Positions 11,835 to 25,708 of a DNA stretch of 64,000 nt are shown here, piece after piece. The position numbers and the translations under genes are program-made. Position 1 is the first letter of the stretch; every line of letters begins with the position of its first letter. The notes below the pieces were generated by a model. That model ran no database searches and was not told where the DNA came from. It was given only the letters and a program-made list of their open reading frames with translations. Origin of the DNA: Macrostomum lignano (lineage: Eukaryota); assembly GCA_002269645.1 (NCBI GenBank), contig NIVC01001525.1, positions 124,001 through 188,000 on the forward strand. Direction: 5' to 3'.

Positions 11835-13425
11835 TTAGAGTGGACCTGGTAGTATTTAAAGTGACCTGATTGTATTCAGAGTGACCTGATTGTATTTAGA
11901 GTGACCTGATTGTATTTAGAGTGACCTGATCGTATTTAGAGTGACCTGATTGCATTTAGAGTGACCTGATCGCATTTAGAGTGACCTGATCGCATTTAGA
12001 GTGACCTGATTGCAGTTAGAGTGACCTGATTGCATTTAATGTGACCTGATTGCATTTAGAGTGACCTGATCGCATTTTGAGTGACCTGATCGCATTTAGA
12101 GTGACCTGATCGCATTTAGAGTGACCTGATTGCATTTAGAGTGATCTGATCGCATTTTGAGTGACCTAATCGCATTTAGAGTGACCTGATTGCATTTAAT
12201 GTGACCTGATTGCATTTAGAGTGACCTGATTGCATTTAGAGTGAACTGATTGCATTTAGAGTGACCTGATCGCATTTAGAGTGACCTGATCGCATTTAGA
12301 CTGACCTGATTGCAGTTAGAGCGACCTGATCGCATTTAGAGTGACCTGATTGCAGTTAGAGTGATCTGATTGCATTTAGAGTGACTTGATGATCGCATTT
12401 AGAGTGACCTGATCGCATTTAGAGTGACCTGATCGCATTTTGAGTGACCTGATCGCATTTAGAGTGACCTGATTGCATTTAATGTGACCTGATTGCATTT
12501 AGAGTGAACTGAATGCATTTTGAGTGACCTGATCGCATTTAGAGTGACCTGATTGCATTTAGAGTGACCTGATCGCATTTAGAGTGACCTGATTGTATTT
12601 AGAGTGACCTGATCGTATTTAGAGTGACCTGATTGCATTTAGAGTGACCTGATCGCATTTAGAGTGACCTGATCGCATTTAGAGTGACCTGATTGCAGTT
12701 AGAGTGACCTGATTGCATTTAATGTGACCTGATTGCATTTAGAGTGACCTGATTGCATTTAATGTGACCTGATCGCATTTTGAGTGACCTGATTGCATTT
12801 AATGTGACCTGATTGCATTTAGAGTGACCTGATCGCATTTTGAGTGACCTGATCGCATTTAGAGTGACCTGATCGCATTTAGAGTGACCTGATTGCATTT
12901 AGAGTGATCTGATCGCATTTTGAGTGACCTAATCGCATTTAGAGTGACCTGATTGCATTTAATGTGACCTGATTGCATTTAGAGTGACCTGATTGCATTT
13001 AGAGTGACCTGATCGCATTTAGAGTGACGTGATTGCATTTAATGTGACCTGATTGCATTTAGAGTGACCTGATTGCATTTAGAGTGATCTGATTGCATTA
13101 AGAGTGACCTGATTTCATTTAGAGTGACCTGATCGCATTTAGAGTGACCTGATTGCATTTAGAGTGACCTGATTGCATTTAGAGTGAACTGAATGCATTT
13201 AGAGTGACCTGATTGCATTTAGAGTGACCTGATTGCATTTAATGTGACCTGATTGCATTTAGAGTGACCTGATTGCATTTAATGTGACCTGATCGCATTT
13301 AGAGTGACCTGATTGCATTTAATGTGACCTGATTGCATTTAGAGTGACCTGATCGCATTTAGAGTGACCTGGTTGCATTTAGAGTGACCTGATCGCATTT
13401 AGAGTGACCTAATTGCATTTAATTG
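11835..13425. repeat. 20-bp minisatellite (TTTAGAGTGACCTGATYGCA), about 79 units
   Basis: Direct tandem units; the variant order at about 11910-12070 is repeated at about 12594-12750. Confidence 0.97.
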
Positions 13426-13504
13426 CAACCAGGTAGAAGCTAAAAAGTTTACAATTACACCCCTCAGTAGCATATGCAGGGTTTAACGCGCTGCTTATTG
13501 TATT

Positions 13505-13990
13505 AAACAAGAATTTCTAATGAACACACTTTTTCTAAAATGAGAACTCTTTAAAGCATCATGGAGGACCAATCTTTCAGACTGGCGCTGACGGCTTATT
13601 TAACTTGTGGGGTGGGCGGTGGAGGCTGAGGAACTCTCTGCATCGTGAGCTACAAGCCACCGTGTCCAGCTGGGTCCGTGCCAAATATTTACAGCTCTCA
13701 GCCGGCCTTCTTACCTGGCCTCTGAGTCTCCTTGAGTCTTCTAACACTGGACTGCCCCCATGCATTATTCACTCCCGCCTCATTCTCCTCTACCCCGCTA
13801 CAGTCCTTTGCCCCTCCTATTGCCTTGCTTCCTTCTAGAAGACAGAACTGAGTTGAGCACTGCCCAGTTAAAAAGAGTCTGAGACTCATTCGGTTGCTAA
13901 TAGCAACCAAGCAAATCCCACAGTTTCATGGCGATCTAGAGTCACGGTATCTGGAGTGCTGTAGCTTTGCAAAATTTCATCTTGTATTGG
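13505..13990 (+). repeat. Dispersed repeat, copy 2 (paralog of 1-345)
   Basis: Shared blocks as listed for copy 1, followed by the same 23-bp satellite. Confidence 0.85.
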
Positions 13991-14002
13991 ACAATTTTTA
14001 TC

Positions 14003-15230
14003 TGAGCGATTCTCACCTGAGTGCTGGGACGATTCTCACCTGAGTACTGGGGCGATTCTCAATTGAATACTGGGGCGATTCTCACCTGAGTGCTGGGGCG
14101 ATTCTCAATTGAATACTGGGGCGATTCTCACCTGAGTGCTGGGGCGATTCTCATCTGAGTGCTGGGGTGATTCTCACTTGAGTGCTGGGGCGATTCTCAT
14201 CTGAGTGCTGGGACGATTCTCATCTGAGTACTGGGGCGATTCTCACCTGAGTGCTGGGGCGATTCTCAATTGAATACTGGGGCGATTTCCACCTGAGTGC
14301 TGGGGCGATTCTCATCTGAGTGCTGGGACGATTCTCATCTGAGTACTGGGGCGATTCTCACCTGAGTACTGGGGCGATTCTCACCTGAGTACTGGGGCGA
14401 TTCTCACCTGAGTGCTGGGGCGATTCTCAATTGAGTACTGGGGCGATTCTCACCTGAGTACTGGGGCGATTCTCACCTGAGTACTGGGGCGATTCTCACC
14501 TGAGTGCTGGGGCGATTCTCAATTGAGTACTGGGGCGATTCTCACCTGAGTACTGGGGCGATTCTCACCTGAGTACTGGGGCGATTCTCACCTGAGTACT
14601 GGGGCGATTCTCAATTGAGTACTGGGGCGATTCTCACCTGAGTACTGGGGCGATTCTCACCTGAGTACTGGGGCGATTCTCACCTGAGTACTGGGGCGAT
14701 TCTCACCTGAGTACTGGGGCGATTCTCACCTGAGTGCTGGGGCGATTCTCAATTGAGTACTGGGGCGATTCTCACCTGAGTACTGGGGCGATTCTCACCT
14801 GAGTACTGGGGCGATTCTCACCTGAGTACTGGGGCGATTCTCACCTGAGTACTGGGGCGATTCTCACCTGAATGCTGGGGCGATTCTCACCTGAGTACTG
14901 GGGCGATTCTCACCTGAGTACTGGGGCGATTCTCACCTGAATGCTGGGGCGATTCTCACCTGAGTGCTGGGGTGATTCTCACCTGAGTAGTGGGGCGATT
15001 CTCACCTGAGTAGTGGGGCGATTCTCACCTGAGTAGTGGGGCGATTCTCACCTGATTACTAGGGCGATTCTCACCTGATTACTAGGGCGATTCTCACCTG
15101 ATTACTAGGGCGATTCTCACCTGATTACTAGGGTGATTCTCACCTGATTACTAGGGTGATTCTCACCTGATTACTAGGGCGATTCTCACCTGATTACTAG
15201 GGTGATTCTCATCTGAGTGCTGGGGATTTT
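14003..15230. repeat. 23-bp minisatellite, second array, about 53 units
   Basis: Same unit as 380-1030, with a variant gradient (CAATTG type, then AGTACT, then TTACTAGGG type). Confidence 0.97.
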
Positions 15231-15859
15231 CATGAGTAGAGCGGATCTCAAAGATAGTAACATTTTTTAAATGACAGAAAAGGTCATTTTCATAGTTAGA
15301 AAAGCTCTACTAAGGCTGCATGTTGCTCATTCCAAATTCTATCTCCAGAACTCCATGAGCAGCGACCTCTCCACTCTCTCCTGTCCCTCTCTCCCCCCTT
15401 AGCCTACAGGAGTTTTGTGTTTTTGAGTTTCCGCAGACCGCAGGCTGGGCAGGCAGTCCGTTTGAGTAGGTGGACAGAGAGGCCAACCGTTTTTTCCCAT
15501 TTTAATCTTCACATCCCATCTCAGAGAAGTACCGACCTTTGAGTTCGTCTGGCTCTCTATTCCTGGCCAATGCACTTTTAATAGACACAGTTGGAGCACC
15601 AGTGGCTGCGATTTGGTTGCAATGCTCTGCAACATTTTGCTTTTAACTTAATTGGTCTCCACTTGAAAATATCCGCGATACTAATTGACTTTCTGTTAAA
15701 GTACATCCTACTCGTGGGAAGGAAGGCGCGGTGTGAGAGATCGTGCAGCAATGTGATGCCTTTCGCGGAGGGAATTTCTGCTGAAGATTTTGTAGAGATC
15801 TAGCTATTGGGCGATTGTCTGGGATAAGATGCGTTTGCTATGGGCAGATTTTTGAAGTT

Positions 15860-18590
15860 AAAGGCGATTTTTGGGGCGATTCTCAATGGCGATTTACAGA
15901 GGTTTGCAGACTTGCAGAGTGGTTCTCCGGGGCGATTCATGCTATTCTCAAGGGCGATTCTCAAGGGCGATTCCCAATGTGTTTTATGCTATTCTCAAGG
16001 GCGATTCATGTGTTTTATGCTATTCTCATTTTCGATTCTCATTTTCGATTCTCATTTTCGATTCTCATTTTCGATTCTCAAGGGCGATTCTCAAGGGCGA
16101 TTCTCAAGGGCGATTAAGACAGGGGTGATTCTCAGGATAGGGTTGATTTTCAGGGGTGATTCTCAGGATAGGGTTGATTTTCAGGGGTGATTCTCAGGAT
16201 AGGGTTGATTTTCAGGGGTGATTCTCAGGGGTGATTCTCAGGATAGGGTTGATTTTCAGGGGTGATTCTCAGGATAGGGTTGATTTTCAGGGGTGATTCT
16301 CAGGGGTGATTCTCAGGATAGGGTTGATTTTCAGAGTTGATTCTCAGGGGTGATTCTCAGGATAGGGTTGATTTTCAGGGGTGATTCTCAGGATAGGGTT
16401 GATTTTCAGGGGTGATTCTCAGGATAGGGTTGATTTTCAGGGGTGATTCTCAGGGGTGATTCTCAGGATAGGGTTGATTTTCAGAGTTGATTCTCAGGGG
16501 TGATTCTCAGGATAGGGTTGATTTTCAGGGTTGATTCTCAGGGGTGATTCTCAGGACTGATTCTCAGAGAGGCAATTCTCGGAGAGGATGGGGTGATTCT
16601 CAGGATAGGGTTGATTTTCAGAGTTGATTCTCAGGGGTGATTCTCAGGATAGGGTTGATTTTCAGGGTTGATTTTCAGGGGTGATTCTCAGGACTGATTC
16701 TCAGAGAGGCAATTCTCGGAGAGGATGGGGTGATTCTCAGGATAGGGTTGATTTTCAGGGGTGATTCTCAGGATAGGGTTGATTTTCAGGGTTGATTCTC
16801 AGGGGTGATTCTCAGAGAGGCAATTCTCGGAGAGGATGGGGTGATTCTCAGGATAGGGTTGATTTTCAGGGGTGATTCTCAGGATAGGGTTGATTTTCAG
16901 GGGTGATTCTCAGGATAGGGTTGATTTTCAGGGGTGATTCTCAGGGGTGATTCTCAGGATAGGGTTGATTTTCAGGGGTGATTCTCAGGATAGGGTTGAT
17001 TTTCAGGGGTGATTCTCAGGATAGGGTTGATTTTCAGGGGTGATTCTCAGGGGTGATTCTCAGGATAGGGTTGATTTTCAGGGTTGATTTTCAGGGGTGA
17101 TTCTCAGGACTGATTCTCAGAGAGGCAATTCTCGGAGAGGATGGGGTGATTCTCAGGATAGGGTTGATTCTCAGGGGTAATTATCAGGATAGGGTTGATT
17201 TTCAGAGTTGATTCTCAGGGGTGATTCTCAGGATAGGGTTGATTTTCAGAGTTGATTTTCAGGGGTGATTCTCAGGATAGGGTTGATTTTCAGAGTTGAT
17301 TTTCAGGGGTGATTCTCAGGGGTGATTCTCAGGATAGGGTTGATTTTCAGGGGTGATTCTCAGGATAGGGTTGATTTTCAGGGGTGATTCTCAGGATAGG
17401 GTTGATTTTCAGGGGTGATTCTCAGGGGTGATTCTCAGGATAGGGTTGATTTTCAGGGTTGATTTTCAGGGGTGATTCTCAGGACTGATTCTCAGAGAGG
17501 CAATTCTCGGAGAGGATGGGGTGATTCTCAGGATAGGGTTGATTCTCAGGGGTAATTATCAGGATAGGGTTGATTTTCAGAGTTGATTCTCAGGGGTGAT
17601 TCTCAGGATAGGGTTGATTTTCAGAGTTGATTTTCAGGGGTGATTCTCAGGATAGGGTTGATTTTCAGAGTTGATTTTCAGGGGTGATTCTCAGGATAGG
17701 GTTGATTTTCAGGGTTGATTCTCAGGGGTGATTCTCAGGATAGGGTTGATTTTCAGAGTTGATTTTCAGGGGTGATTCTCAGGATAGGGTTGATTTTCAG
17801 AGTTGATTTTCAGGGGTGATTCTCAGGATAGGGTTGATTTTCAGAGTTGATTCTCAGGGGTGATTCTCAGGATAGGGTTGATTTTCAGAGTTGATTTTCA
17901 GGGGTGATTCTCAGGATAGGGTTGATTTTCAGAGTTGATTCTCAGGGGTGATTCTTAGGATAGGGTTGATTTTCAGGGTTGATTTTCAGGGGTGATTCTC
18001 AGGATTGATTCTCAGAGGCAATTCTCGGAGAGGATAGGGTGATTCTAAGGGTGGCCAATCTCAGGGTAGTGATTCTCAGGTGTGTTTCTGCGGGGTGGTT
18101 CTCAAGGAGGTAATTTTCTGTGGCAATTCTTGGGTGCGATGGGGTGTTTCTCAGGGGTGATTTTCAAGTGGTGATTCTTTTGGGTTGATTCTCAGAGAGT
18201 GATTCTCATTGGGTGGTTCTCAAAGGTGATTCTGAAGGGCGTGATTCTATGGAAGGGACAATTATCGAGGGCGATTCTCAGGTGCACTTCTCCGGGGTGA
18301 TTCTTAGGGCGATTCTGAAGTACGATTCTAAAGAGGGGGATTCTCAAGGGGTGATTCTCAAGGGGTGATTCTCAAGGGGTGATTCTCAAGGGGTGATTCT
18401 CAAGGGGTGATTCTCAAGGGGTGATTCTCAAGGGGTGATTCTCAAGGGGTAATTCTTAAGGGGTGATTCTCAAGGGGTAATTCTCAAGGGGTGATTCTCA
18501 AGGGGTGATTCTCAAGGGGTGATTCTCAAGGGGTAATCTTCAAGGAGTAATTCTCAAGGGGTAATTCTCAAGGGCGATTTTCAGAGTCGG
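15860..18590. repeat. Composite satellite built on the G(C/T)GATTCTCA core: 13-bp, 31-bp (GGGGTGATTCTCAGGATAGGGTTGATTTTCA) and 14-bp blocks
   Basis: Tandem units visible; the interspersed GAGAGGCAATTCTCGGAGAGGAT cassette recurs, indicating higher-order structure. Confidence 0.95.
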
Positions 18591-19171
18591 TATTCTGAGT
18601 AGTTCTCACATGCGATTTTTAGAGTGATTCTCAAGAGCAGTGATTAAAATTGTCATGTCACTGTATTCTGTCGGTTTTATAGAAATTCATTTAAGAATCT
18701 CGATTTTATACAGCAATATTTTAAAACTATACTTTCTAGCGATAATTTGTTGAAGTATATAAAAAATTGAAGTAAGGAGTCTGAAGAGTCAACCAACTCA
18801 AAATATGCTTTTCGCTAAATGGTGTGCAACCATTTCTGTCACACTACCCACATGCCGCTAGCATGGAAACCAGAGCTCTGCACTGGCAACTCAGTTGTGC
18901 TCAGAAAAGCGCATCTCAGCTCCACACTCTCCGCCGCACACTCCGTTCTCAAGGTGCACATTTGTGCTCAACTCTCTCAATCTCTATTTAACTCGTCTTC
19001 TTGCTGCCACCTAATCTAACCATTTTCCTCTCTCTCTCTCCGTTTCTAAGTCAGGGCTGCTCATTTCTCTCTCCAACTCGCTCTCTAAAAGCCTGTCTTA
19101 GAGTAGGCTCAAAGCAGAGTTGAGTTCAGGTTCGCACAGCCAGAGAGCACAGCCAGAAGCCGCCCATCGCC

Positions 19172-20491
19172 ATGGACACCCGCCTGAAGCCGCGGGCGCC
19201 CAACGATCTGTCGTCCAGATTCGTTGACGAGCGAATAACCGCCCTGCCCAAGGTGCCCGACTCGTGGGAGTGCCGGCTTGACAACTACTACCAGCTGGAC
19301 TTGAGGATGTGCTTCATCACCTACTTCCGCTGGAGCTTCCGCTGGGGTGACGACGCCAAACCTACGCTGTCCTCATTGCCAGTCATTGAGCAGCCGTCGC
19401 GCGTTCTGCTCATCGACGTGTCGCTAAACGACATCTACTCGCTGGACGACGACACTCTGAGCCCATTTCGTCAGCTTCGAGCGCTAAACGCATCGCTGAA
19501 TCGAATCACGGAGCTGCACGGCCTGCAGGTGCTGCCGACTCTGCGCTTTCTTGACCTCGGATTCAACCAGATCTCCGGGCTGCAGGACCTGGCCTACTGC
19601 CGCAAGCTGGTAGAGCTCAGGCTCAACCACAACTGTCTCAAATCGCTGGCTTCGCTGCCACCGCTGCCGAACCTCGAGCAGCTGCACGTTGACGGCAACG
19701 AGATCGCGTCTTTGGAAGGCCTGCAGGCGCTGCCGAAGCTGCGCGAACTGTCGGCCCGTCGGAACCGCATCGCCAACATCACCGCCCTGACCACCTGCAA
19801 GGCCGTGAACTCGCTGGACCTCAGCCACAACTCGATACACGATCTGGAGTTCACGGTTAAGATTCTCACGGCACTGCCGCTGCTGACGGTCCTGACTGCG
19901 AAGAACAATCCAATGAGCAATCACCCCGGCTACCAGGAGGCCGTGAAGAGCATGCTCAGCCGGCTAGAGAGTCTGGACGGCGTCAACTTGATGCAGCGCG
20001 ACGGCAAACTCTACGAGGACGACCCGTACGAGTTGAACCCCAACAGCGAGATCGCCAAGTTCAAGCGGCTCACCAGGGAGGCCTACCTGGACCGGATGCG
20101 CCAGGCCAAGCTCACCATGGAGGAGAGCGTGGCGGTGCTGCAGCGCCAAATCCTCGGCCTGATGGAGAACCAGCGCGAGCTCGAAAAGACTCTGGGCAGG
20201 GAGCTGCAGAACACGCTGTCGCAGCTGGACAGCATGGACAGGCTGAGCTCGCACAATCCAGTCTCTCTGCCGCCGCGCGAGGACCTCTCCGGCCAGGGGC
20301 TCAGCATGTTCGGCGGCCCGGGGGACACCCGCTATGGACCCTCGGACCTGCCGGAGGACCGGCGAAACCCGTACACCCGGGCGTGGCGCGGCTCCGACGT
20401 CAAGGAGACGGACCAGGTGCTGCGAATGGCCGCCCTCAGGCTGGGCACCTACCAACGAGGGGGCGCTGCCGGGGCTGAGGGAACCGGCTGA
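19172..20491 (+). CDS. Intronless SDS22-like leucine-rich-repeat protein with LRR cap and C-terminal coiled coil (439 aa)
   Basis: About 7 LxxLxLxxNxI repeats, cap YQEAVKSMLSRLESLDG, heptad-rich C-terminus. GC-rich codon bias; AATAAA about 13 nt after the stop. Confidence 0.9.
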   Translation: MDTRLKPRAPNDLSSRFVDERITALPKVPDSWECRLDNYYQLDLRMCFITYFRWSFRWGDDAKPTLSSLPVIEQPSRVLLIDVSLNDIYSLDDDTLSPFRQLRALNASLNRITELHGLQVLPTLRFLDLGFNQISGLQDLAYCRKLVELRLNHNCLKSLASLPPLPNLEQLHVDGNEIASLEGLQALPKLRELSARRNRIANITALTTCKAVNSLDLSHNSIHDLEFTVKILTALPLLTVLTAKNNPMSNHPGYQEAVKSMLSRLESLDGVNLMQRDGKLYEDDPYELNPNSEIAKFKRLTREAYLDRMRQAKLTMEESVAVLQRQILGLMENQRELEKTLGRELQNTLSQLDSMDRLSSHNPVSLPPREDLSGQGLSMFGGPGDTRYGPSDLPEDRRNPYTRAWRGSDVKETDQVLRMAALRLGTYQRGGAAGAEGTG

Positions 20492-20798
20492 GCTCGCGAA
20501 CTCAATAAATTTCTTTTTTCACCATTTGACTTGGATATCTTCTCTCTTTCGCTCTAGGCTCTTCAATGTGCTTTTAGCTTACTCAAATTATCCTATTGGA
20601 TAGAAGACTCAATCAGCTTTCCTAAAACAGTGAGACTGAATGAAGGTGAAAAAACCTTCCTAGTACCCATGCGTAACTTCTGTGAATTGTAAATACGAAA
20701 ATTTTGACTCAAATACATAGCATTGAAGTTGCTTCAATTGAAGTTGCAAGAATTTCAATACGATAAAATTTAGTAACCGACTGGCGTTTCTATTTATT

Positions 20799-21160
<362 letters not shown>

Positions 21161-21584
21161 GGTAGTTACCCCAAAAAAATCAGATGTGTAACACTTGACT
21201 TCTCAGTGCTCAAAGGCAGTCAATCAGCAAGGGCCGCTGTGACAGCAACCAGGTGTATTTGTTATCCAGAGTAAAATGTTAACTGCACAAAATTGCAAAA
21301 TAAGATCTGCTGTAGAAAAAAAGCATAACTGAAATGAAGGGAGCAATAACAACAGGATTGCGCGCGACGAAGGAAAGAAGGGAACTCACTTAGATTAACA
21401 ACGGATTACGCAGAAATCATTCGCTCAAGCAGCTTGATACGAACTTAGCATTGATCCGAAGGTTTGGGTTTCCGCTGTCTGTTTCAAGGCTCTGTACAAA
21501 GTTGACTTAAGAAAGAAACAATAAGTTGGCTTTTAAAGTCTCGAAGTTATTGAGATAAGGGCTGGAGACAGAGAGTTAGCTAAA

Positions 21585-24265
21585 GTAGAGATAAGAGAGG
21601 GGGTAAGAGATAAGATAGGGGTGAGAGATGAGAGAGGGGGTGAGAGATAAGAGAGGGGTGAGAGATAAGAGAGGGGTGAGAGATAAGAGAGGGGTGAGAG
21701 ATAAGAGAGGGGTGAGAGATAAGAGAGGGGTGAGAGATAAGAGAGGGGTGAGAGATAAGAGAGGGGTAAGAGATAAGAGAGGGGTGAGAGATAAGCGAGG
21801 TGGTAAGAGATAAGCGAGGTGGTAAGAGATAAGAGAGGGGGTGAGAGATAAGAGAGGGGGTGAGAGATAAGCGAGGTGGTAAGAGATAAGCGAGGTGGTA
21901 AGAGATAAGAGAGGGGGTGAGAGATAAGAGAGGGGGTGAGAGATAAGCGAGGTGGTAAGAGATAAGCGAGGTGGTAAGAGATAAGAGAGGGGGTGAGAGA
22001 TAAGAGAGGGGGTGAGAGATAAGCGAGGTGGTAAGAGATAAGAGAGGGGGTGAGAGATAAGAGAGGGGGTGAGAGATAAGAGAGGGGTGAGAGATAAGAG
22101 AGGGGTAAGAGATAAGAGAGGGGGTGAGAGATAAGAGAGGGGTGAGAGATAAGAGAGGAGTGAGAGATAAGAGAGGGGTGAGAGATAAGAGAGGGGTGAG
22201 AGATAAGAGAGGGGTGAGAGATAAGAGAGGGGGTGAGAGATAAGAGAGGGGTGAGAGATAAGAGAGGGGGTGAGAGATAAGAGAGGGGTGAGAGATAAGC
22301 GAGGTGGTAAGAGATAAGCGAGGTGGTAAGAGATAAGAGAGGGGGTGAGAGATAAGCGAGGTGGTAAGAGATAAGCGAGGTGGTAAGAGATAAGAGAGGG
22401 GGTGAGAGATAAGCGAGGTGGTAAGAGATAAGAGAGGGGGTGAGAGATAAGAGAGGGGGTGAGAGATAAGAGAGGGGTGAGAGATAAGAGAGGGGTGAGA
22501 GATAAGAGAGGGGTAAGAGATAAGAGAGGGGGTGAGAGATAAGCGAGGTGGTAAGAGATAAGAGAGGGGGTGAGAGATAAGCGAGGTGGTAAGAGATAAG
22601 AGAGGGGGTGAGAGATAAGCGAGGTGGTGAGAGATAAGAGAGGGGGTGAGAGATAAGAGAGGGGGTGAGAGATAAGCGAGGTGGTAAGAGATAAGAGAGG
22701 GGGTGAGAGATAAGAGAGGGGGTGAGAGATAAGAGAGGGGGTGAGAGATAAGAGAGGGGTGAGAGATAAGAGAGGGGGTGAGAGATAAGAGAGGGGGTGA
22801 GAGATAAGCGAGGTGGTAAGAGATAAGAGAGGGGGTGAGAGATAAGCGAGGTGGTAAGAGATAAGAGAGGTGGTAAGAGATAAGCGAGGTGGTAAGAGAT
22901 AAGAGAGGGGGTGAGAGATAAGAGAGGGGGTGAGATATAAGAGAGGGGGTGAGAGATAAGCGAGGTGGTAAGAGATAAGAGAGGGGGTGAGAGATAAGAG
23001 AGGGGTGAGAGATAAGAGAGGGGGTGAGAGATAAGAGAGGGGGTCAGAGATAAGAGAGGGGGTGAGAGATAAGAGAGGGGTAAGAGATAAGAGAGGGGGT
23101 GAGAGATAAGAGAGGGGGTAAGAGATAAGAGAGGGGGTGAGAGATAAGCGAGGTGGTAAGAGATAAGAGAGGGGGTGAGAGATAAGCGAGGTGGTAAGAG
23201 ATAAGAGAGGTGGTAAGAGATAAGCGAGGTGGTAAGAGATAAGAGAGGGGGTGAGAGATAAGAGAGGGGGTGAGAGATAAGAGAGGGGGTGAGAGATAAG
23301 CGAGGTGGTAAGAGATAAGAGAGGGGGTGAGAGATAAGAGAGGGGTGAGAGATAAGAGAGGGGGTGAGAGATAAGAGAGGGGTGAGAGATAAGAGAGGGG
23401 GTGAGAGATAAGCGAGGTGGTAAGAGATAAGAGAGGGGTGAGAGATAAGAGAGGGGGTGAGAGATAAGAGAGGGGGTGAGAGATAAGAGAGGGGTGAGAG
23501 ATAAGAGAGGGGGTGAGAGATAAGAGAGGGGTAAGAGATAAGAGAGGGGGTGAGAGATAAGCGAGGTGGTAAGAGATAAGAGAGGGGGTGAGAGATAAGA
23601 GAGGGGTTGAGAGATAAGCGAGGGGTGAGAGATAAGAGAGGGGTGAGAGATAAGAGAGGGGTAAGAGATAAGAGAGGGGTGAGAGATAAGCGAGGTGGTA
23701 AGAGATAAGAGAGGGGGTGAGAGATAAGAGAGGGGTAAGAGATAAGAGAGGGGGTGAGAGATAAGCGAGGTGGTAAGAGATAAGAGAGGGGTTGAGAGAT
23801 AAGCGAGGTGGTAAGAGATAAGAGAGGGTAAGAGATAAGAGAGGGGTGAGAGATAAGCGAGGTGGTAAGAGATAAGAGAGGGTAAGAGATAAGAGAGGGG
23901 TGAGAGATAAGAGAGGGGGTGAGAGATAAGAGAGGGGGTGAGAGATAAGAGAGGGGTGAGAGATAAGAGAGGGGGTGAGAGATAAGAGAGGGGTGAGAGA
24001 TAAGAGAGGGGTAAGAGATAAGAGAGGGGGTGAGAGATAAGCGAGGTGGTAAGAGATAAGAGAGGGGGTGAGAGATAAGAGAGGGGGTGAGAGATAAGAG
24101 AGGGGGTGAGAGATAAGAGAGGGGGTGAGAGATAAGCGAGGTGGTAAGAGATAAGAGAGGGGTGAGAGATAAGAGAGGAGGTGAGAGATAAGAGAGGGGT
24201 GAGAGATAAGAGAGGGGTGAGAGATAAGAGATGGGTGAGAGATAGGACAGGCGGTGAGAGATATG
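21585..24265. repeat. Purine-rich 18-19-bp minisatellite (GAGAGATAAGAGAGGGGGT / AAGAGATAAGCGAGGTGGT), about 140 units
   Basis: Two interleaved unit types; extreme A+G bias on the + strand. Confidence 0.97.
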
Positions 24266-24764
24266 AAAAGGAAGAGAGATAAAAGACAGTGAGAGCTACA
24301 AAGACAGGGAATGAACATTGTCAACCTGGTTGGGAATCCACCAACATGTCGAATACAGTGACATAAAAAGTTGGGTCGAACTTTAAATTTGCAAGCTGCT
24401 CATGCAACTGTTGGATGCGAGCGTAAATTATCAGTTACAATTAGGCAATTATTTTCAGAAACATTCGTGAGCAGGACGATGCAGTTTTTGCCAATCGGTT
24501 CGCTAGACGGCAGGTAAATAAAAATGATGGTGATTAAATTTACGGTTATTAGTTAAACCGCAAAAAGAGATTTTATTCGATTAAAGCAAAAATAATGAGC
24601 GACTTGAATATTTTAGCGCTGCTTGCCAATCGCACAGTGCAAGTATCGATGGGACCGGTCTCAGGTAGGTAATGAATGTAATTCCATACACATTTTCTAC
24701 CTTTGTTAGTTATTGTAAAGTAAAAGTTAAGGGATCAGAAAGGAGAGGAGAGAGAGGACTTCCA

Positions 24765-25657
24765 CTAGCGACTCTCACCTAATCCTAGCGACTCTCACCT
24801 AATTCTAGCAACTCTCACCTAATTCTAGCGACTCTCACCTAATTCTAGCGACTCTCTCACCTAATTCTAGCAACTCTCACCTAATTCTAGCGACTCTCAC
24901 CTAATTCTAGCGACTCTCTCACCTAATTCTAGCGACTCTCACCAAGTTTTAGCGACTCTCACCTAATTCTAGCGACTCTCACCAAGTTTTAGCGACTCTC
25001 ACCTAATTCTAGCGACTCTCACCAAGTTTTAGCGACTCTCACCTAATTCTAGCGACTCTCACCAAGTTTTAGCGACTCTCACCTAATCCTAGCGACTCTC
25101 ACCTAATTCTAGCAACTCTCACCTAATTCTAGCGACTCTCACCTAATTCTAGCGACTCTCTCACCTAATTCTAGCAACTCTCACCTAATTCTAGCAACTC
25201 TCACCTAATTCTAGCGACTCTCACCTAATTCTAGCGACTCTCACCTAATTCTAGCGACTCTCTCACCTAATTCTAGCAACTCTCACCTAATTCTAGCGAC
25301 TCTCTCACCTAATTCTAGCAACTCTCACCTAATTCTAGCGACTCTCACCTAATTCTAGCAACTCTCACCTAATTCTAGCGACTCTCACCTAATTCTAGCA
25401 ACTCTCACCTAATTCTAGCGACTCTCACCTAATTCTAGCAACTCTCACCTAATTCTAGCGACTCTCACCTAATTCTAGCAACTCTCACCTAATTCTAGCA
25501 ACTCTCACCTAATTCTAGCGACTCTCACCTAATTCTAGCGACTCTCTCACCTAATTCTAGCAACTCTCACCTAATTCTAGCGACTCTCTCACCTAATTCT
25601 AGCGACTCTCTTACCTAATTCTAGCAACTCTCACCTAATTCTAGCAACTCTCACCTA
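24765..25657. repeat. 20/22-bp minisatellite (CTCACCTAATTCTAGCGACT), about 43 units, just downstream of the TRPV stop
   Basis: Tandem units visible. Confidence 0.96.
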
Positions 25658-25708
25658 TTATGGCGCCCATCCTCCAACTCCGGCTCCCTCCAAAACCCAA
25701 CGCGGCAG

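Noticed and set aside
19484-20455. Several minus-strand ORFs over the LRR gene
   Set aside because: Antisense shadows of a GC-rich CDS.
23044-24324. 426-aa ORF (LSLTPSLISH..)
   Set aside because: Translation of the purine-rich satellite; no independent coding evidence.
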